Source of the DNA: Toensbergia leucococca
Lineage: Eukaryota
Direction of reading: 5' to 3'
DNA: 64,000 bases
Assembly: GCA_022813965.1 (NCBI GenBank)
Contig: JALDZS010000009.1
Span: 124,001 to 188,000, forward strand
Position numbers and translations under genes: made by a program. Below the pieces are notes generated by a model, which searched no databases, had not been told where the DNA came from, and saw nothing but the letters and a program-made list of their open reading frames with translations. Position 1 is the stretch's first letter. Each line of letters begins with the position of its first letter. Below are positions 25,049 through 38,459 of the stretch, piece by piece.

Positions 25049-27177
25049 ATGCCTCAAAGACATACACGAGCGCCACCAAAGTGCGTATGCAACAGCTGCT
25101 ATAATGTGGCTCCGTCTGACATCAAATCTCCCAGAAGCCGGGCCGATAGACCCAGCCCTACGGATCCACGTCCGCAGGTCATCGATGTGTTGGCCATCGA
25201 AAAACTGGCGAGGAAGCCTGCTCAACCAGCTCTTCCAGCTCTCCGGCTTTCTGAAGATGAAGCCCTTGAGCTTGCGGAACAGGCACTGAAAGCCCATGAA
25301 AGGGACCAAGTCGGTTATCTGATGCCTCCCAGCAATTGGCCTAAATTTGACCTTCCGTTCTTGGTCTTCAACGACATCGACAGTCAATTTTTCCGTGGTG
25401 TTTTGAAAGGCAACGTTTATCTCATATGGAAACCCTTGCCTAGAGGTTGCCATGCCAGGACGAGCCGAGCAGGTCTAAACAAGGTCCCCCGTATATCCAT
25501 AGAGCTGTCGGACGACCTCCGTCGATGCTCACGACTAGACATTGTAGCTACTCTGCTACATCAGATGATACATGCCTATTTTCTCCAGTGTTGTGGCTAC
25601 AAGAGAAATAGCCAGGGCTATGCTCTTGACCACGGACCAAGATTCAGCTTGTTGCTGTATTCCATTGAGAAGACTATCGTGCCGGAAATGGCATTGTCAC
25701 CGAGGTTGCCAAGTCTCTGGGGTAAAGTGCCAGATAGGGATGCGTCAACTAGTAGCGGTAACCGCGCTGATCCTGGAAGGAGTACTTGCTACGATGGAAG
25801 ACATGGCCTGTCGAGAAGTGAATGTGAGAAGTGGAGAAAAAATAAGAGGAAGTCTTCTACCGTCCAGGCTTCCGATGTCTCGTCAATGGGAAGCAGTACC
25901 GTGGCTGTTGACTCCAAAGGGATTCCAAGGCATGTATACAACCCAAAGCTCATCTGGAGTTATTCATAGTGACCATCTATAGGCCGATTGAGGAGTACTT
26001 GCACGAGATCAAGTTTGATGTTTCCGAACCAATCCCATGTCTTCGTAAAGCATACAGATATCCCCCGTCTGCCTATTATGAATTGCACTTTGAGAATCGA
26101 GCATTTCCGATTTTCCCAGGGGAGCTCGAAGACTACTCAGGCACCATGAAGTCAGACTTGTTCAACGGTAGGGTTGGTATCGTCCCCACCTCCAGCTGGG
26201 ATGGATTTCGTAGTCTCCATTCATTCATACTCCACGGATACTACGACTGCCGACTGGAAGAGCTTAATTTACTCCACTGTCCAGGGCTCATAGGGAAAAC
26301 AGGACCACCCTGCATTCTCCATCAAGACTCACATTTGGCTCCCTTGCTCTTAAACAACGTTCGAGCCTATTGTCTGGCTCGTGAGATCAAGCTCCCACGC
26401 TTCAAGGCCCATGCCCTTGCTCGCCTCTACAAGCAAGCCTCTACAGCCAATGACCCTATCGAAGTTCTCGAAGAAATTTACCACAAATCTGGCTCCCAGC
26501 ATCCAGATAAGGAGATTCGCGACTGGGTCAAAGCGTGGCTTAAAGTGTCGATTCCCTCGTCCACGGGGCCATATGCGAAAGAGTACCCCACAAACCTGCA
26601 AATTTTACAGAAGCATCCCGACTGGAAAGAAAGATATGCACGCCTTAGAGAGAAAGGCACAGAACTCATCACTGATATCGATGCCGTGGAGGCAGACATT
26701 GCGTCGAAGAAACAGCAGCAAGCGGCGGACACATCTATTCCGAAATCAAGTATACAAGACATGCATACCTTCGGAGCTTGCAGTTGTGGGCACGCAAGGT
26801 ATGACGAGTTCGCGCACTTATATCATAAATCACCATCAACAACTTCGTCCGTCCCACCACACCCTCAGTTCCCACCAACACCGATCTCAGGCTACAGATC
26901 TATTGACATCCACAACTTGCCCCACATTCCAGCATACCATCCCTCTGGTTTACCCAGTTCGCAGCCACTCCAATACACGACCACTGCTCAAACCACAGAA
27001 ATCCCGCCCATAGCACCTTCGTCTTCGACAACATGCTGCTCGGGACACAATACGTCCTCTGGATTCTCAACCGGGAAGACGTGGGGATCAGCCCCTATGG
27101 CGACAACGGCCAGAGAAGAGAAATGGACTCCTTCGCCGATCCCAGGGACATGGGATCGTCTACAAAGGCCGTGGTGA
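25049..27177 (+). CDS. SprT-like metalloprotease-fold domain (HQxxH variant) fused to a BTB-like domain and Pro/Ser/Thr-rich tail
   Basis: FNDIDSQFFRGVL, IELS, ATLLHQMIHAYF, DHGPRF. A GC-AG intron 25930-25982 joins the two track ORFs in frame. Second exon has FRSLHSFILHGYY and NVRAYCLAREIKLPRFKAHALARL, resembling the fungal BTB C-terminal pattern. Confidence 0.7.
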
Positions 27178-28842
27178 TCCGCCGAGTGAAAGTGCGAGTA
27201 AGCGCGTGCAGTTTTTCTTCCCCCTCTCTTGTTCAATCCGATCACTCAACATATTCTCCATTCTCTTCTCGCATATTAGGAACAACAAATTCGTACTCGA
27301 AACATGTTGTTCCCACCAATACAGCTCTTGTGTAGTCTCTGTTCTCGACTGCGAAGAACATCCAGTAAATTTGTCAATTTAAACAATATGCGTCGCGTTT
27401 CTTGTTAACACTTCGTTTATATCTCATGACAAATATTACGAAGAAATTAGAAGGAATTCTCATTGAAGTATTGCTGTAGAATGTACGATTCCTCAGTGCT
27501 GGTAATTGACTATCTGATCGATAGCACGACAAATCTCGCTGCTGCTATTCCATACTGTTCTTTTCCAATTCCATCATATAATTCGCTCACCTCTCTAATC
27601 TGTTTCCTTGAAAGAACCCTAGCCCATAGCCTCAAACTGGATCTTTTGGTACACAAATCTCCAGCTTCCTACCCCTGTATGCTCCTACACCCTCGTGACA
27701 GCTCATTTAATACGTCACTTTATTCCTCTCTACGTCCGTTTCTCATAGCAAGCAATCCCTGCGAAGTACGTTTCTTTGGAAAATGGCCCATTTTGCCCTT
27801 GGGACAGATGTGGTGTCGACTGGTAGAAAAACAAATCTGCTGGAGTTCATCAACACACCTTGACTCCAGGCATTTGGGGGATCAAGCAGAGTGTATTTAT
27901 TCTCTTCCTACACCCAGAAAAGAGACACCGTCTAGATGACATCTGGTGTTACCTACAGCTTTCACCACCATATGTATTTTATGTGCCCGCTCACTGTCAT
28001 GCACAGTGGTGACCTAGTGTTTGGATCAGGGATGCTGCCTCTGGTTGTCTGATCCCCATTCTGTGTTTTTTTTGTGCTTGTGCCTCTTTGGGGAAGGGGT
28101 ATCTCGAGGTCTGTGTGTACTGATTATAGGGGTGCAGGTACTGGGGGTGAAGATTCGCAAGACTTGCTAACCTTTTTTTGTTTGGACAAAAGTCGCAATT
28201 TCTCAAAAAATCCAAATCTCCCATCTCAATGCCAGTGCATATCACCCGTAGCTATGATCCACCTCCCTCACAACCTCACGCAGCCCTTCACAGCCCAATA
28301 CCCTTGAGCCAACAAACCGCCCAAAGAAACTTGAAACTGGAAACCCTATCTGCCCCCTTCAGCATAGGTACCTACGAAGCTGAATAGGGGAAAGCGGGGC
28401 GATTGGGGAGAGAGAGAAAAAAAGCAATGACCCAACACTCTACGGGCCCTTTCTCAAGTGGAAAATTAGCCAATGGCAGCTAGGCGACAAGATGTGCCCT
28501 AGCTTTTTACATGGCGGAGATGATAGCTCCTCTGTAGGAGCGTGGTGATGCGATACCCATTGTCCCCAGCCCAGAAAAACCGTGTAGCGCCACAAGGAGG
28601 GTTTCCATTGATTTCTAGGGATGGAGATTGGAGTACCAAGCAATCGAGGCTCATCTCCGACACATGAAAGCTAAGCTACGACATCACGCCGTTTAGGTCG
28701 GTGCTTCGGATCCATCAATTGCAAAGACCTGAACATGCACTCATTGAAAAACGTTGCTCCCAAAGTAGCCACCGTCGGCAGTTTTCGTTGATATATCTAA
28801 TCTCCTCACCCCCCCCCCCCTTTTGAAAATTTCAGCTCCCCC

Positions 28843-30182
28843 CTATTCCATCACAAGCACGCTCCTAAACCGCACACTTCCATTCATCATATGATCATAA
28901 GCCTTATTCGCCTCCTGGAGCGGAAACTCCTCAATCATGCACTCGACACCCTTCATCTGCGCAAACGCAATAGCCTCCTCGCTGTCCAGCGCGTGGCCGG
29001 ATGGGAAGCCGTGGACTGAGATGCCCTTTGAGACGAGTGGGCCGGTGGGAATGGAGACGTCGCCGCCCGCTGATTCAGAATGAGGACAAATAAGTATGAC
29101 ACGTAATTAAGCAACTACAATAGAATAGTGAAGTGGGGGGGACTTACGTGGCAGAATCAACAATTTCCCCCCGATTCCCAACCCACCGACTAATTTCCCA
29201 ATCAACTTCGGATTCGGCGCCGTCACTACAATCATTGTCGCCCCACCCAACTTCTGCAGCGCCTCCGCGTGATCCTCCTTGCTCCCATCGATATAATCCG
29301 TCGCACCGAGCTCTTTCGCAAACTTTTCCTTGGACGCACTGCTCGAGAGGGCGACGACTCGGTAGCCCATTTTCGAGGCGTATTGTAACGCTAGATGGCC
29401 GAGGCCACCGAGACCTTGGATCGCGACTGTTTCGCCAGGCGGAACGTTCAGTTTGCGCATTGAGTTGAAGACTGTGACGCCAGCGCATAGCAGGGGAGCG
29501 CAGGCGGCAGGGGAGATGGAGGTGGGGACTCGGACGGTGGCTTCGCTGCGGATGAGGCAGTATTCGGCGTCTACGCGGGAGATTAGTGGATTGAGCGACG
29601 AGGTTGCTGTGTTTTGAGAGTGAGAGTTCAGTACGCACATCCGCCGTCCCGGGTCACGCCGTTGACTTCTCCGTTGTCGCACATTTGGAAAAAGCCGCGG
29701 TTGCAGGCTTTGCAGGTACCTACAGGAAAATCTGTCAGCTTGTGACTGCAAGAAATTAAGTAGAGAGGGAGCTCACCATCATGCCCTCCGTGCCATGGCG
29801 CACCAACTCGATCACCAACCTTCCATTTCTTCTCTCCGGGGCCAACAGCTACTACATCACCAACGGTTTCATGCCCTGGGATTCTCGGGCTAAATCTTGT
29901 TAATGATTGTAGCAACTTCACAAGCTCTAAAGCTTACAATGAAATTCCCATATAACCACCTTGAACAATAGCATCGGAACGGCAGACGCCTGTTGCCAGG
30001 ACCTTGATGAGAACCTCGCCCGCTTGTGGCTCCTTGAGCTCCACGTCCTCAATCGTAAGAGGCTCGCCAGCCTTTTTGAATACTGCGGCTTTGTAGGTTT
30101 TTGGAAGAGTGGGAGACATGCCGATGGAGCTTTTGATTGTGTTTACTGATGGCAGGCTATTTCGAAGGGCTTCCAGTGACAT
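28843..30182 (-). CDS. Zinc-dependent alcohol dehydrogenase (MDR family), multi-exon
   Basis: [43 protein letters not shown], and terminal exon [20 protein letters not shown]. An alternative start lies near 30119. Confidence 0.95.
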
Positions 30183-30689
30183 TTGTCAAGTTCTTGATTT
30201 TGCTGTAGAATATGTTTTCTGCAAATTAGAAGTGCCAACCGGAATCCCGCGGGTTCCTATCTCAATTGTAGCCATCTTCCCCGCCGTCGTCTACTTTATC
30301 GATGAGTAAGCGCGGCTGCAGTCAGATAAGTCCAGATTGGGGCACATATCGTTCCAACGGCGATTTGATGAATTTGAAATTATCATGTTGTTCGACTTTT
30401 TTGGCTCTTTTCTGTTTCAAACAGTTACCTAACAGTACTTGCAATTATCTTTGCCTGACCTACGGCATTTTTGAATTGTGCTCATATGGCTCAAGGCTGT
30501 AGGATTTGGTGGAGGTCATAATCGGAATTCGGAGCTTGGGAACAAATATGTAATGACGACATAAATTGTCATCTCAGGCTGGATTTGGTGACGAGTGTAC
30601 ATCTCAAGGATGTCCATTTTCTTCGCTTATAATGCCTGAGTAATTTCAATTTGATTGTAACATATTCGAAGAGACTTGTTTGATCAATC

Positions 30690-31712
30690 ATGAATATGGG
30701 CCTTTCATATTCTACTGCCAAATGGCTGGTATGTTCTTTTCTTTCTGCAGTTCATCAGATTCACAAGACCATACTGATTGTTCTGTTAGGCACCTGTGTC
30801 CTTCTTGATCGATTTTGCTGCACAACAATATGGCATGCTCTCAAGTCCTAATATGAAGGATATCAACGACAAGAACCTATCATTTTTTAGTCCTCAGCCC
30901 TTTTTTATTGCTGGCTTCTTCTTTCCTCAGCAGTTGTTTCAAGTTGCCTGGCTCTACCGTCTATGGAAGCTAGATTCCACGAAGCCTCAGGAGCGTGGAG
31001 AGTTGGACCAATTAGGCAGGTCAACAAATGGAAATTAGGCAGAGTCTCGTATTAACCATGGCCTAATGCAGTGGATTTTGTTCCTTACTATGCTGTTGGA
31101 AATCTCTGCATCGCAGGCATGTCATTACCCTCCTAGTGCTTTGTACCGATATTTGCTGACATGTCTTCAAGCTTGGATGGTATTCTGGAATTCCGAACGT
31201 CTCGATATTTCCCACATTTTTGTCACAATCAACACATTCACCCAGCTATATTACATGGTCGCCAAGCTCCCACCTATGAATACCAAGTCCACTTCCTCGG
31301 TCCTTACGCACATCGTCAGTAAGACATTTGCAGGTATTGGTGTCCTTGACCTTCTTCACAACGGCAGTGTCGCGTTTTTCAAGGATGTACCTGCCACAAT
31401 GACTGTCAGGGTTTTGACTGGTCTTGGCTTCGGCCTTGCAAGTGCAGCTAGTGATTGGATCTTTGGTGGCTGCTTAGTCTATGATCTGGTCGCACTGGCA
31501 GCAGGCCAAAGCGGAAGTTGGCGGACATTATTAGGAGCGTACGCAGTAGGAAGTGCGGCGATCGTTGCGGCCAAGAACATCGCCATGTAGGTAGGGATTC
31601 CTTCGTACCTGACCAAAGTCAGTACAGCTAAAGCGAATAAAGACCGCCATACAACAACGAGAAGTCGGGTTACAAGGCTACTGCAAGCGAGGATGTTCAA
31701 GACACAGTCTAG
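30690..31712 (+). CDS. Conserved-type fungal multi-pass membrane protein
   Basis: Exons 30690-30728, 30790-31015, 31072-31116, 31172-~31586 and a last exon to 31712 give FFSPQPFFIAGFFFPQQ..PYYAVGNLCIAAWMVFWN..KTFAGIGVLD. Two introns have GC donors. The protein could instead end at the TAG at 31590. Confidence 0.8.
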
Positions 31713-32720
31713 CTGCCATTTGACAAATTATAAAACATGGAGACGGTGTCGGCATGCGTAGTGCAAAGAATATATGAACAAGGGAACGTAAATTTAGATC
31801 TTAATGGACATTGTTTGTCTTTGTATGACTGTTGGATGAGTCAACATATACCATCGACAGAATATATCCTATTCAGCAGATAGGCGTGACAGCGGAGTGG
31901 TCAAGATGCACGTAGGCAAAGGTAGGTACGGTAGTATTGTCTCCCTGGTTAGGTAGGCAGGTCGATCTCCGGGCGCCTAGCCGCCTACTGCTTAGAATAA
32001 GGTACCTTAGCCTTCACTCTTGACTATTCTAGATCTGGGTTGGCCAAGCTGGGGATCTGCTTATCCTTGACTGCCCTTATCGACTGACCCTGACTATGCC
32101 ACTCATGCAAGCACAATCACACGATGACGGCACCGAAAGTCTCGAATCATTGAAATGTCTCACTACTCCCCCAGCTGCATATCTTACCAAAGATCTGGCC
32201 CTCTAGCATTGGGCGGCCCGAGTTTCCCTGTTGGCCATCAGCAGCCTAATGCCACCAATGCTAATCTCTGTTACTCCCATTACTCCCACCCCACGCATCG
32301 TTACCCCATGCTCCCATAGTGGCTTGCAGATCCGCTCTAGGAGTGCTCCGTACCTACCTATTGCGCAGTAAGATAGCTATGGCATACTTACTATGCTTAC
32401 TGCTTTTGATAGGTCTGTCACCTGGAACCCCCATACTTGTTACACGGACCTCCTCGTTCCTTCCTTCCTCATCGTGTTCCTCATCCTTCGATTCAAATCA
32501 TAAGAGACCCTATCTTCTGTCCGAGTACCATCACAAAATCTCCTGGAGGATAGATCCTGCTGCCTGACGCCCAATTGAGTCAGCTGCAATGCTTATCAGG
32601 CCCACTCACGCCTGAGACAAAACAGTACATCTAGTCACACGACTCCATATACGAGTTCAATATATTTAACCTTCATGGGGGATCGTCTGGCTGCCGGTGT
32701 TTCGTAAACCAATCAATATA

Positions 32721-34046
32721 ATGTCCCTCCAGTCCTTCTTCGAAACTCTCTCGCCCAACTTACCCGATCACTGTACGCCCACGACCAGCTTCTTGGCTAG
32801 CATCTCTTCTTCATTCTATATCTGTGTACCTACTCCTTTAGCCCTATTATCCACCACCCTTGGTATTTTTAGCATTTTATCTTGGCTGTTCGCTCAGCTG
32901 CCTCAGATTTTCAAGAACTACACTCTTCAGTCGACTGCAGGCTTATCGATCTACTTCTTAATCGTGTGGTGTTTGGGTGATACGACCAATTTGATAGGCG
33001 CGCTTTTGACAAAGCAGGCTACATGGCAAGTTGTCGTGGCAGGGTACTACGTTTGCGTCGACGTGGTTTTGGTCAGCCAATACAACTGGTACACTCACTT
33101 CAGGCCGTGGCGAGAGGGCAGAACGCCGGACGAAAGAGATGAGGATAATGGAAGGGATGGCAGAGAGCCTGGAAATATTATTGTAGGCATATCAACTTCT
33201 AGTAGTACCTCTAATGGCAGCTCGATGGAAGATGATAGGAAAGATACCCAAGTCATCTCCAAATCATCTATTCAACCACAAGAAGCACGAGTCAATGCTT
33301 ATCGGACTCGGCGTATTCCTTCTTCGCCGGAGGAAAAAACCACAGAACGCTCGTCAGCACGGACTATAAATCGGCGTCAGCAATCACCTCCGAGTCTCAC
33401 ACCTTCACCCAAGACTCTACTTCTTGTCTCAATGTTATGTGCTGTCTTGGTGAATGCGTCTCCGCTTCAGTCTAGTCCCGAGCCAGACCTTAGACTGTCA
33501 GCCGCTTTCAACGCTGCCGAATTCATTGGCCGTATCTTTTCATGGACATCAACTGTCCTCTATCTCGGCTCACGTCTCCCTCAGATCTATAAGAACTACT
33601 CTCGCCATTCTACCGCTGGCCTTTCCCCTGCTCTCTTTATCGCAGCCTTCTTCGGCAACCTCTTCTACAGCACTTCTCTACTCACAAACCCCCTAGCCTG
33701 GTCATCTTACCCACCGAACGGCCTCCACGGCTGGACCGGTCCTGAAGGAAGTGACCGAATTACATGGGTTAGCCTCGCGGCGCCGTTCTGGCTAGGCGCC
33801 GCTGGCGTGTTGGCGTTGGACTGCGCAATTGGAGTCCAGTTCCTCATGTACGGTGAGGGCGATGGCAGCGGTACTTTTATTGAAGCCGAGGATGCGCAGG
33901 GCAGGATGAGGTGGATGGAAGTTACCGGGTGGATGAGGGGATGGGTGCCGAGTCCCGGTACTGAGGAGTTGGAAGATGAGAGGCCGCTTCTCGACAGAGA
34001 GGAAGACGAAGGTAGGGGCAACCCTAGTAGGTACGGGGCGGCTTAG
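32721..34046 (+). CDS. PQ-loop repeat vacuolar membrane transporter (Ypq/PQLC2-like)
   Basis: Two PQ loops: SWLFAQLPQIFKNY..STAGLS and YLGSRLPQIYKNY..STAGLS; intronless; first ATG at 32721. Confidence 0.93.
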   Translation: MSLQSFFETLSPNLPDHCTPTTSFLASISSSFYICVPTPLALLSTTLGIFSILSWLFAQLPQIFKNYTLQSTAGLSIYFLIVWCLGDTTNLIGALLTKQATWQVVVAGYYVCVDVVLVSQYNWYTHFRPWREGRTPDERDEDNGRDGREPGNIIVGISTSSSTSNGSSMEDDRKDTQVISKSSIQPQEARVNAYRTRRIPSSPEEKTTERSSARTINRRQQSPPSLTPSPKTLLLVSMLCAVLVNASPLQSSPEPDLRLSAAFNAAEFIGRIFSWTSTVLYLGSRLPQIYKNYSRHSTAGLSPALFIAAFFGNLFYSTSLLTNPLAWSSYPPNGLHGWTGPEGSDRITWVSLAAPFWLGAAGVLALDCAIGVQFLMYGEGDGSGTFIEAEDAQGRMRWMEVTGWMRGWVPSPGTEELEDERPLLDREEDEGRGNPSRYGAA

Positions 34047-35867
34047 AGTGGAGCCTTGGCGCTTGGAAAGTTTGTCCCCTTTCGTATACCTATAGAAGGT
34101 CTATGTATCATCGACGGCGCGTTGTCTGGGCGGCGGGTCTGATGATGCATTTCCTGGCGATTTTACGTCTATCGTTGGCATTACCGGTGCATGGCATGTG
34201 TGTGTGGGAAAAACATGTCAGCTTTTGGCTTTGCGCTGCGGACGCTCGTGCGGATTGTTTTTGTATGTAAAAGATGGTGTTGGATGTCTGCATCTATGCG
34301 ATGGCCCTTTCCCCCCCCCTTCCTTGATCTGATCACGACTTTTTTTTTCCCCCGAAGGCACCTTTACTCTCGGATTCTTCTGCCCGGACGCTCGGGGCGT
34401 ACAAAGCTTTATGTATTCGTTTGCTTTTTGCCAGTCTCTCTTTTTTGCCCCAGCCCATTCCATTCATCCCCTCATCCCTTGACTTTTTGGGGTCTTTCAC
34501 GACGCCTTATTTCTGGCCCCCGGACCAGGTTCTGTAGATATTATGAAAGAGTTTGATCGTTTATTTCTTCACCCACCCACTTTCCCCTGCTGCAAAACCT
34601 CTTTTTTTTGGGCCGGGGGGGGGGGATTTGAGGAGAGGTGGGAGGGATTTTGAGGGGATTGAGGCCGGGGGAAAGGGGTTGGAATGATGTTCTTGATTGA
34701 GGTTAGGGGGAGGGGGGGAGGGGGGGTTTTGGGCGTGGGTTTGGGTTTTTGATAGAGTGGCTTTTTTTGTTGCTTGGGGGTTCTGATACTGGATTTTATT
34801 CAGCTGCCCCCCCGCCTCACTTTACCCCCCTGGTAGAGAGATGAATTTGTTGTTCTTTTTTTTTTGGTGAGGATGATGAAGTGAAAAAAAAAAATTTGAA
34901 GATTTTTTTTTTTTTTAATGAGTTGATAGCTGTGTAAGACATTATTTTAATTTCTTTGAGATTGAATGGTTTATAAGTTTGATATTTAGATGTGAGAAGA
35001 AGAAGGACAGTGAGGTGATGTTTTTTGTGAGTTTGTAAGTTAAGGTGCTTTTTTGTAAAGATGATTTTAATTGTGCAAGGTGAGGTTCATTGATTTATTC
35101 TATCAATGAATAAGGGCAGTCAAGAAATTTTGTGAGAGGTGATGCTTTAGCAGTACAATACAAATGATATCATTGTTCATATTAGCTCCTCAATCTGTGC
35201 ACTACCTAATCTTGTGAAATGAATAAAAGCAGTGCAGACTGACTGAATGAGGTGACTCTGCACTGTCATTCTTGAGTGTAGAATTTCTCATTAGTGATCT
35301 CACTATCATCAGTAATTTCTTTCAAAACAGTTCACTAAAATTAAATATTTCTTTGATACAAGCGCTTTTGATAGTGTTGAAAAGCTAATGTTAAAAGGTG
35401 TCAAAGGATCTGTACACGCCTTGGTCAGAATCACACCTTTCGATATTGGGAATTTTGTCATCAGGGCTATTAACGCTTCCCCCCCCCCTTTTTCACCTTC
35501 TTGATCTCTGTCAGCTCACTTTTTTTTGGGTTTTTTGTATATCGAGATCATAAAAGTTTTTTAATTCTCAGATAGTAGACTTGAAGTGAATGTAGTAAGC
35601 TATCTTTGGTATCCGTAGATTTGGAATTATCATGCCTGGCAGTTTCACAGGAATTGTAGTGAACTGTAGTGTAGGAATGCTGATCTATTGCTGAAACGTC
35701 AATAGATATGATCAGGTTGCACTGTGAAAAGGAGGACAGCTCTCATATAGCATCTACTGCAAGATGTGACTGAGGTGCTTGAGTATTTAATCATGAGTTG
35801 CATCGCTTACCATGATATCATAAAGACTACAAAAAGGGCTTTAGAAACAGTTATAAGAATGGAACCA

Positions 35868-36589
35868 TTAGGGCACCATAGAAGAACGCTGCGTGCACCA
35901 GACGTGTAGTATGAGCGAGATTGTGGTTATGAATTCGACGACTGTAGGGGCAGCTGTCGTGGGGGCAGTCTCGGTGGAAACAATCGCAGTTGGGCCAGCT
36001 CCAATAGTTATAGCCGTGAAGAATCCAGCTTTTGATGAGATGGTATATGTGAAGGCATACATTGTAGAGAAGAAGGCCGTGTGTTCAAAGGAAGACGTGC
36101 CGCAGCCAAGGATGACAGTATTGCCCCCATCGAAAGAATACCTTCCCCAATCTGGACTTTGAGAGGGACTTGTATGAGACGTTAGCCCATGCGTTCAACA
36201 TGGTCTTGATGAAGTCTGACGTAAAGCTTACCAGTACTGTGCTCCAGGCCCACATCCTGTTGTAGGCCAATATCCATAGCCATATATTGTGGTAATAGGT
36301 AAATCGGTAAGCTCCTCCGGAGTAGTATCCAATGGCAGGTGTCAGTAAAGTTGCTACAACACAAGGTATGTTGACTGAGTAGGAGATGCTGTTGACTTTT
36401 TTCTACTTAGCTATCACAATAAGACAAAGGGAGATTCGGGAGCCTACTTATATCGTCGAGTGAGTAGTAGCTACAGATGTAGTTGTCATTCTGTCTTTTC
36501 AAAGGCTGTGGTACTGATGTAATGAAAGCTAGTCCAGCCAGAGCTGATACACACGACGCCAAAAGAGGGACGTGCGAGAGGAAACGCAT
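35868..36589 (-). pseudogene. Degraded secreted Cys/Thr-rich protein gene
   Basis: Signal-peptide-like MRFLSHVPLLASCVSALAG plus KR site, then coding-like pieces (GYGYWPTTGCGPGAQYC / PSQSPDWGRYSFDGGNTVILGCG / TETAPTTAAPT) that cannot be joined without a frameshift and a repaired splice donor (ATAAGT). Confidence 0.45.
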
Positions 36590-37406
36590 GACTCAACGAA
36601 AATGGAGCTCTGTTTTCATGAAAATAGCACGAACTACTGAGAAATGGAATGTAAATAGTACAGCTAGTTTTGAGGGGTTTGCCCTTGCAAGCTTCAAAGT
36701 ATTAATTTCGGCAATAGGAGGAGGCTGAAAATATCCATATCCGGCGGTAAAAGCAAACAATTTACGCCGAAACACCCAGAGTATAGTTGGGACGTAACTG
36801 ATAACTGGATGGTTCTGGCCACGAGATAGAGTCGAGACATTGATATAGGGCAAGATAAAAAAAGCAGTCGAGGGTATGGAGGCGTTTTGAGGGCGCTTAT
36901 CCAGCCTTGTCCCACGGACTGCTCAGAGCGGAAAACATCAGTACGGCTTTCCATGTATATGGTCTATCACCGCGCATAGATGCCTCTTAGTGAATTCCAT
37001 GTCGTGCAGACAGGTGGGTGGGAAGGTTGATACTTTGTGTGGGTGATGGTGTCAGTCAATAGTGTCCGAGGTGGTGGATGGAATTCGAAGCGGCCAAGAA
37101 CTCAGCATCTCGTCTTTTGTCCTCGATACTTTTAATAGTCCTTGCTCTTATCTCAAGTTGTTTTATGATCGGTAGTTGTCATGCAAAATCTTCCGTCATC
37201 AATATCGAGGAATTTGCTTCGTCGACCACGCCATTGAAAAATCGTCACAACCGAGGCAACCGAGACAATCAAAGCTTTCGGGTATCTTCCTCCTATATTT
37301 CTATACATACTGTGTTTCATCCAAGTAATCTCTTCAAGGAATCAAGAATCATGATAGAACCTATCGTTTGACCTTGCACATTTCAGTTCAAATCTCCAAA
37401 GCCACA

Positions 37407-38459
37407 ATGAATGAGCAAACCCACCCCGCCTTCTCAACCCTAACCCCGCATACCACCCCCACCCCCTCCGGCTCCACCATCCAAAGCTACTCCCGCTCTC
37501 TCTCAACCGCGAGCCCCACAACCCCAATCCTCATTCTCATCCATGGCTACCCTCAATCGTGAGCCCCCGGCTCTCCCATCCTGCGAGAATTTATTTAATA
37601 CCCTGGATCTGACGTAACCCCCAGATCTTATATCTTCCGCAACCTTCTCCGCCACCTTCCACTAGGCCTCCCCCTCTTCATTCCTGACATACCCGGGTAC
37701 GGCAAAAGCAGCGCGCTCCATAACCCAGCGACAAAACATGCCCTCGGCCTTGCTATACTTGCCGCCCTCCAAAGTCTCCTCCCATCCAAACCAAACCAAC
37801 AGCCTCAACCAATAATCCTTTGTGGCCATGACCGCGGTGCTCGCATATGCCACCACCTCGCCCTATATCCGCCAGATCCCTCTTCGTATAAAATCGTCGG
37901 CGACATCTTAATTGACATCGTGCCCTTCACCACTGAATGGAAATCGATGACTGACCCATCGAAAGCCGTGAAGGTGTTCCATTGGCCGTTGCTGGCAAAT
38001 GTGGAAATAGCGACGAAGTTAATAATGGGGATGGGGGGCGATGTGTGGTGCAAGACTCTGCTCGAGGGCGCAGGGGGCAAAAGCGAGAAATTGAGAGAGA
38101 TGGTCGCTGAAGGAGGGGCGGTAGAGGTGTATACCGGGTATTTTCGAAAAGAGGAGGTGATAAGGGGGAGCTGTGAGGACTATGCTGCTGGGTCGAAGGA
38201 GGATGTCGAGTTGGAGAGAAAGGCGTTGGAAGAGGGAAGGAAGATCGAAGTCGAGACGCTGGTGATATTTGCAGACGGATATCTGGGGTGGAGGCTCGAT
38301 GTGGCGGCAGTTTGGAAGACCTGGGTAAAGGAGAGGACGGGGCTGAGGTGCGAGAGAATTGGAGGGGGAGTAGGGCATTATGTTGTCGAGGAAGCCGCAG
38401 GGGAGGTTGCGGGCCTGATTGGGGACTGGTTGAAAATAGCTAGGATCTGGGAGGGGTGA
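37407..38459 (+). CDS. Alpha/beta-hydrolase (epoxide hydrolase / haloacetate dehalogenase-like)
   Basis: LIHGYPQS, intron ~37559-37625, PDIPGYGKS, GHDRGAR nucleophile motif, DIVP, FHW, CEDYAAG, GHYVVEE. Confidence 0.9.
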
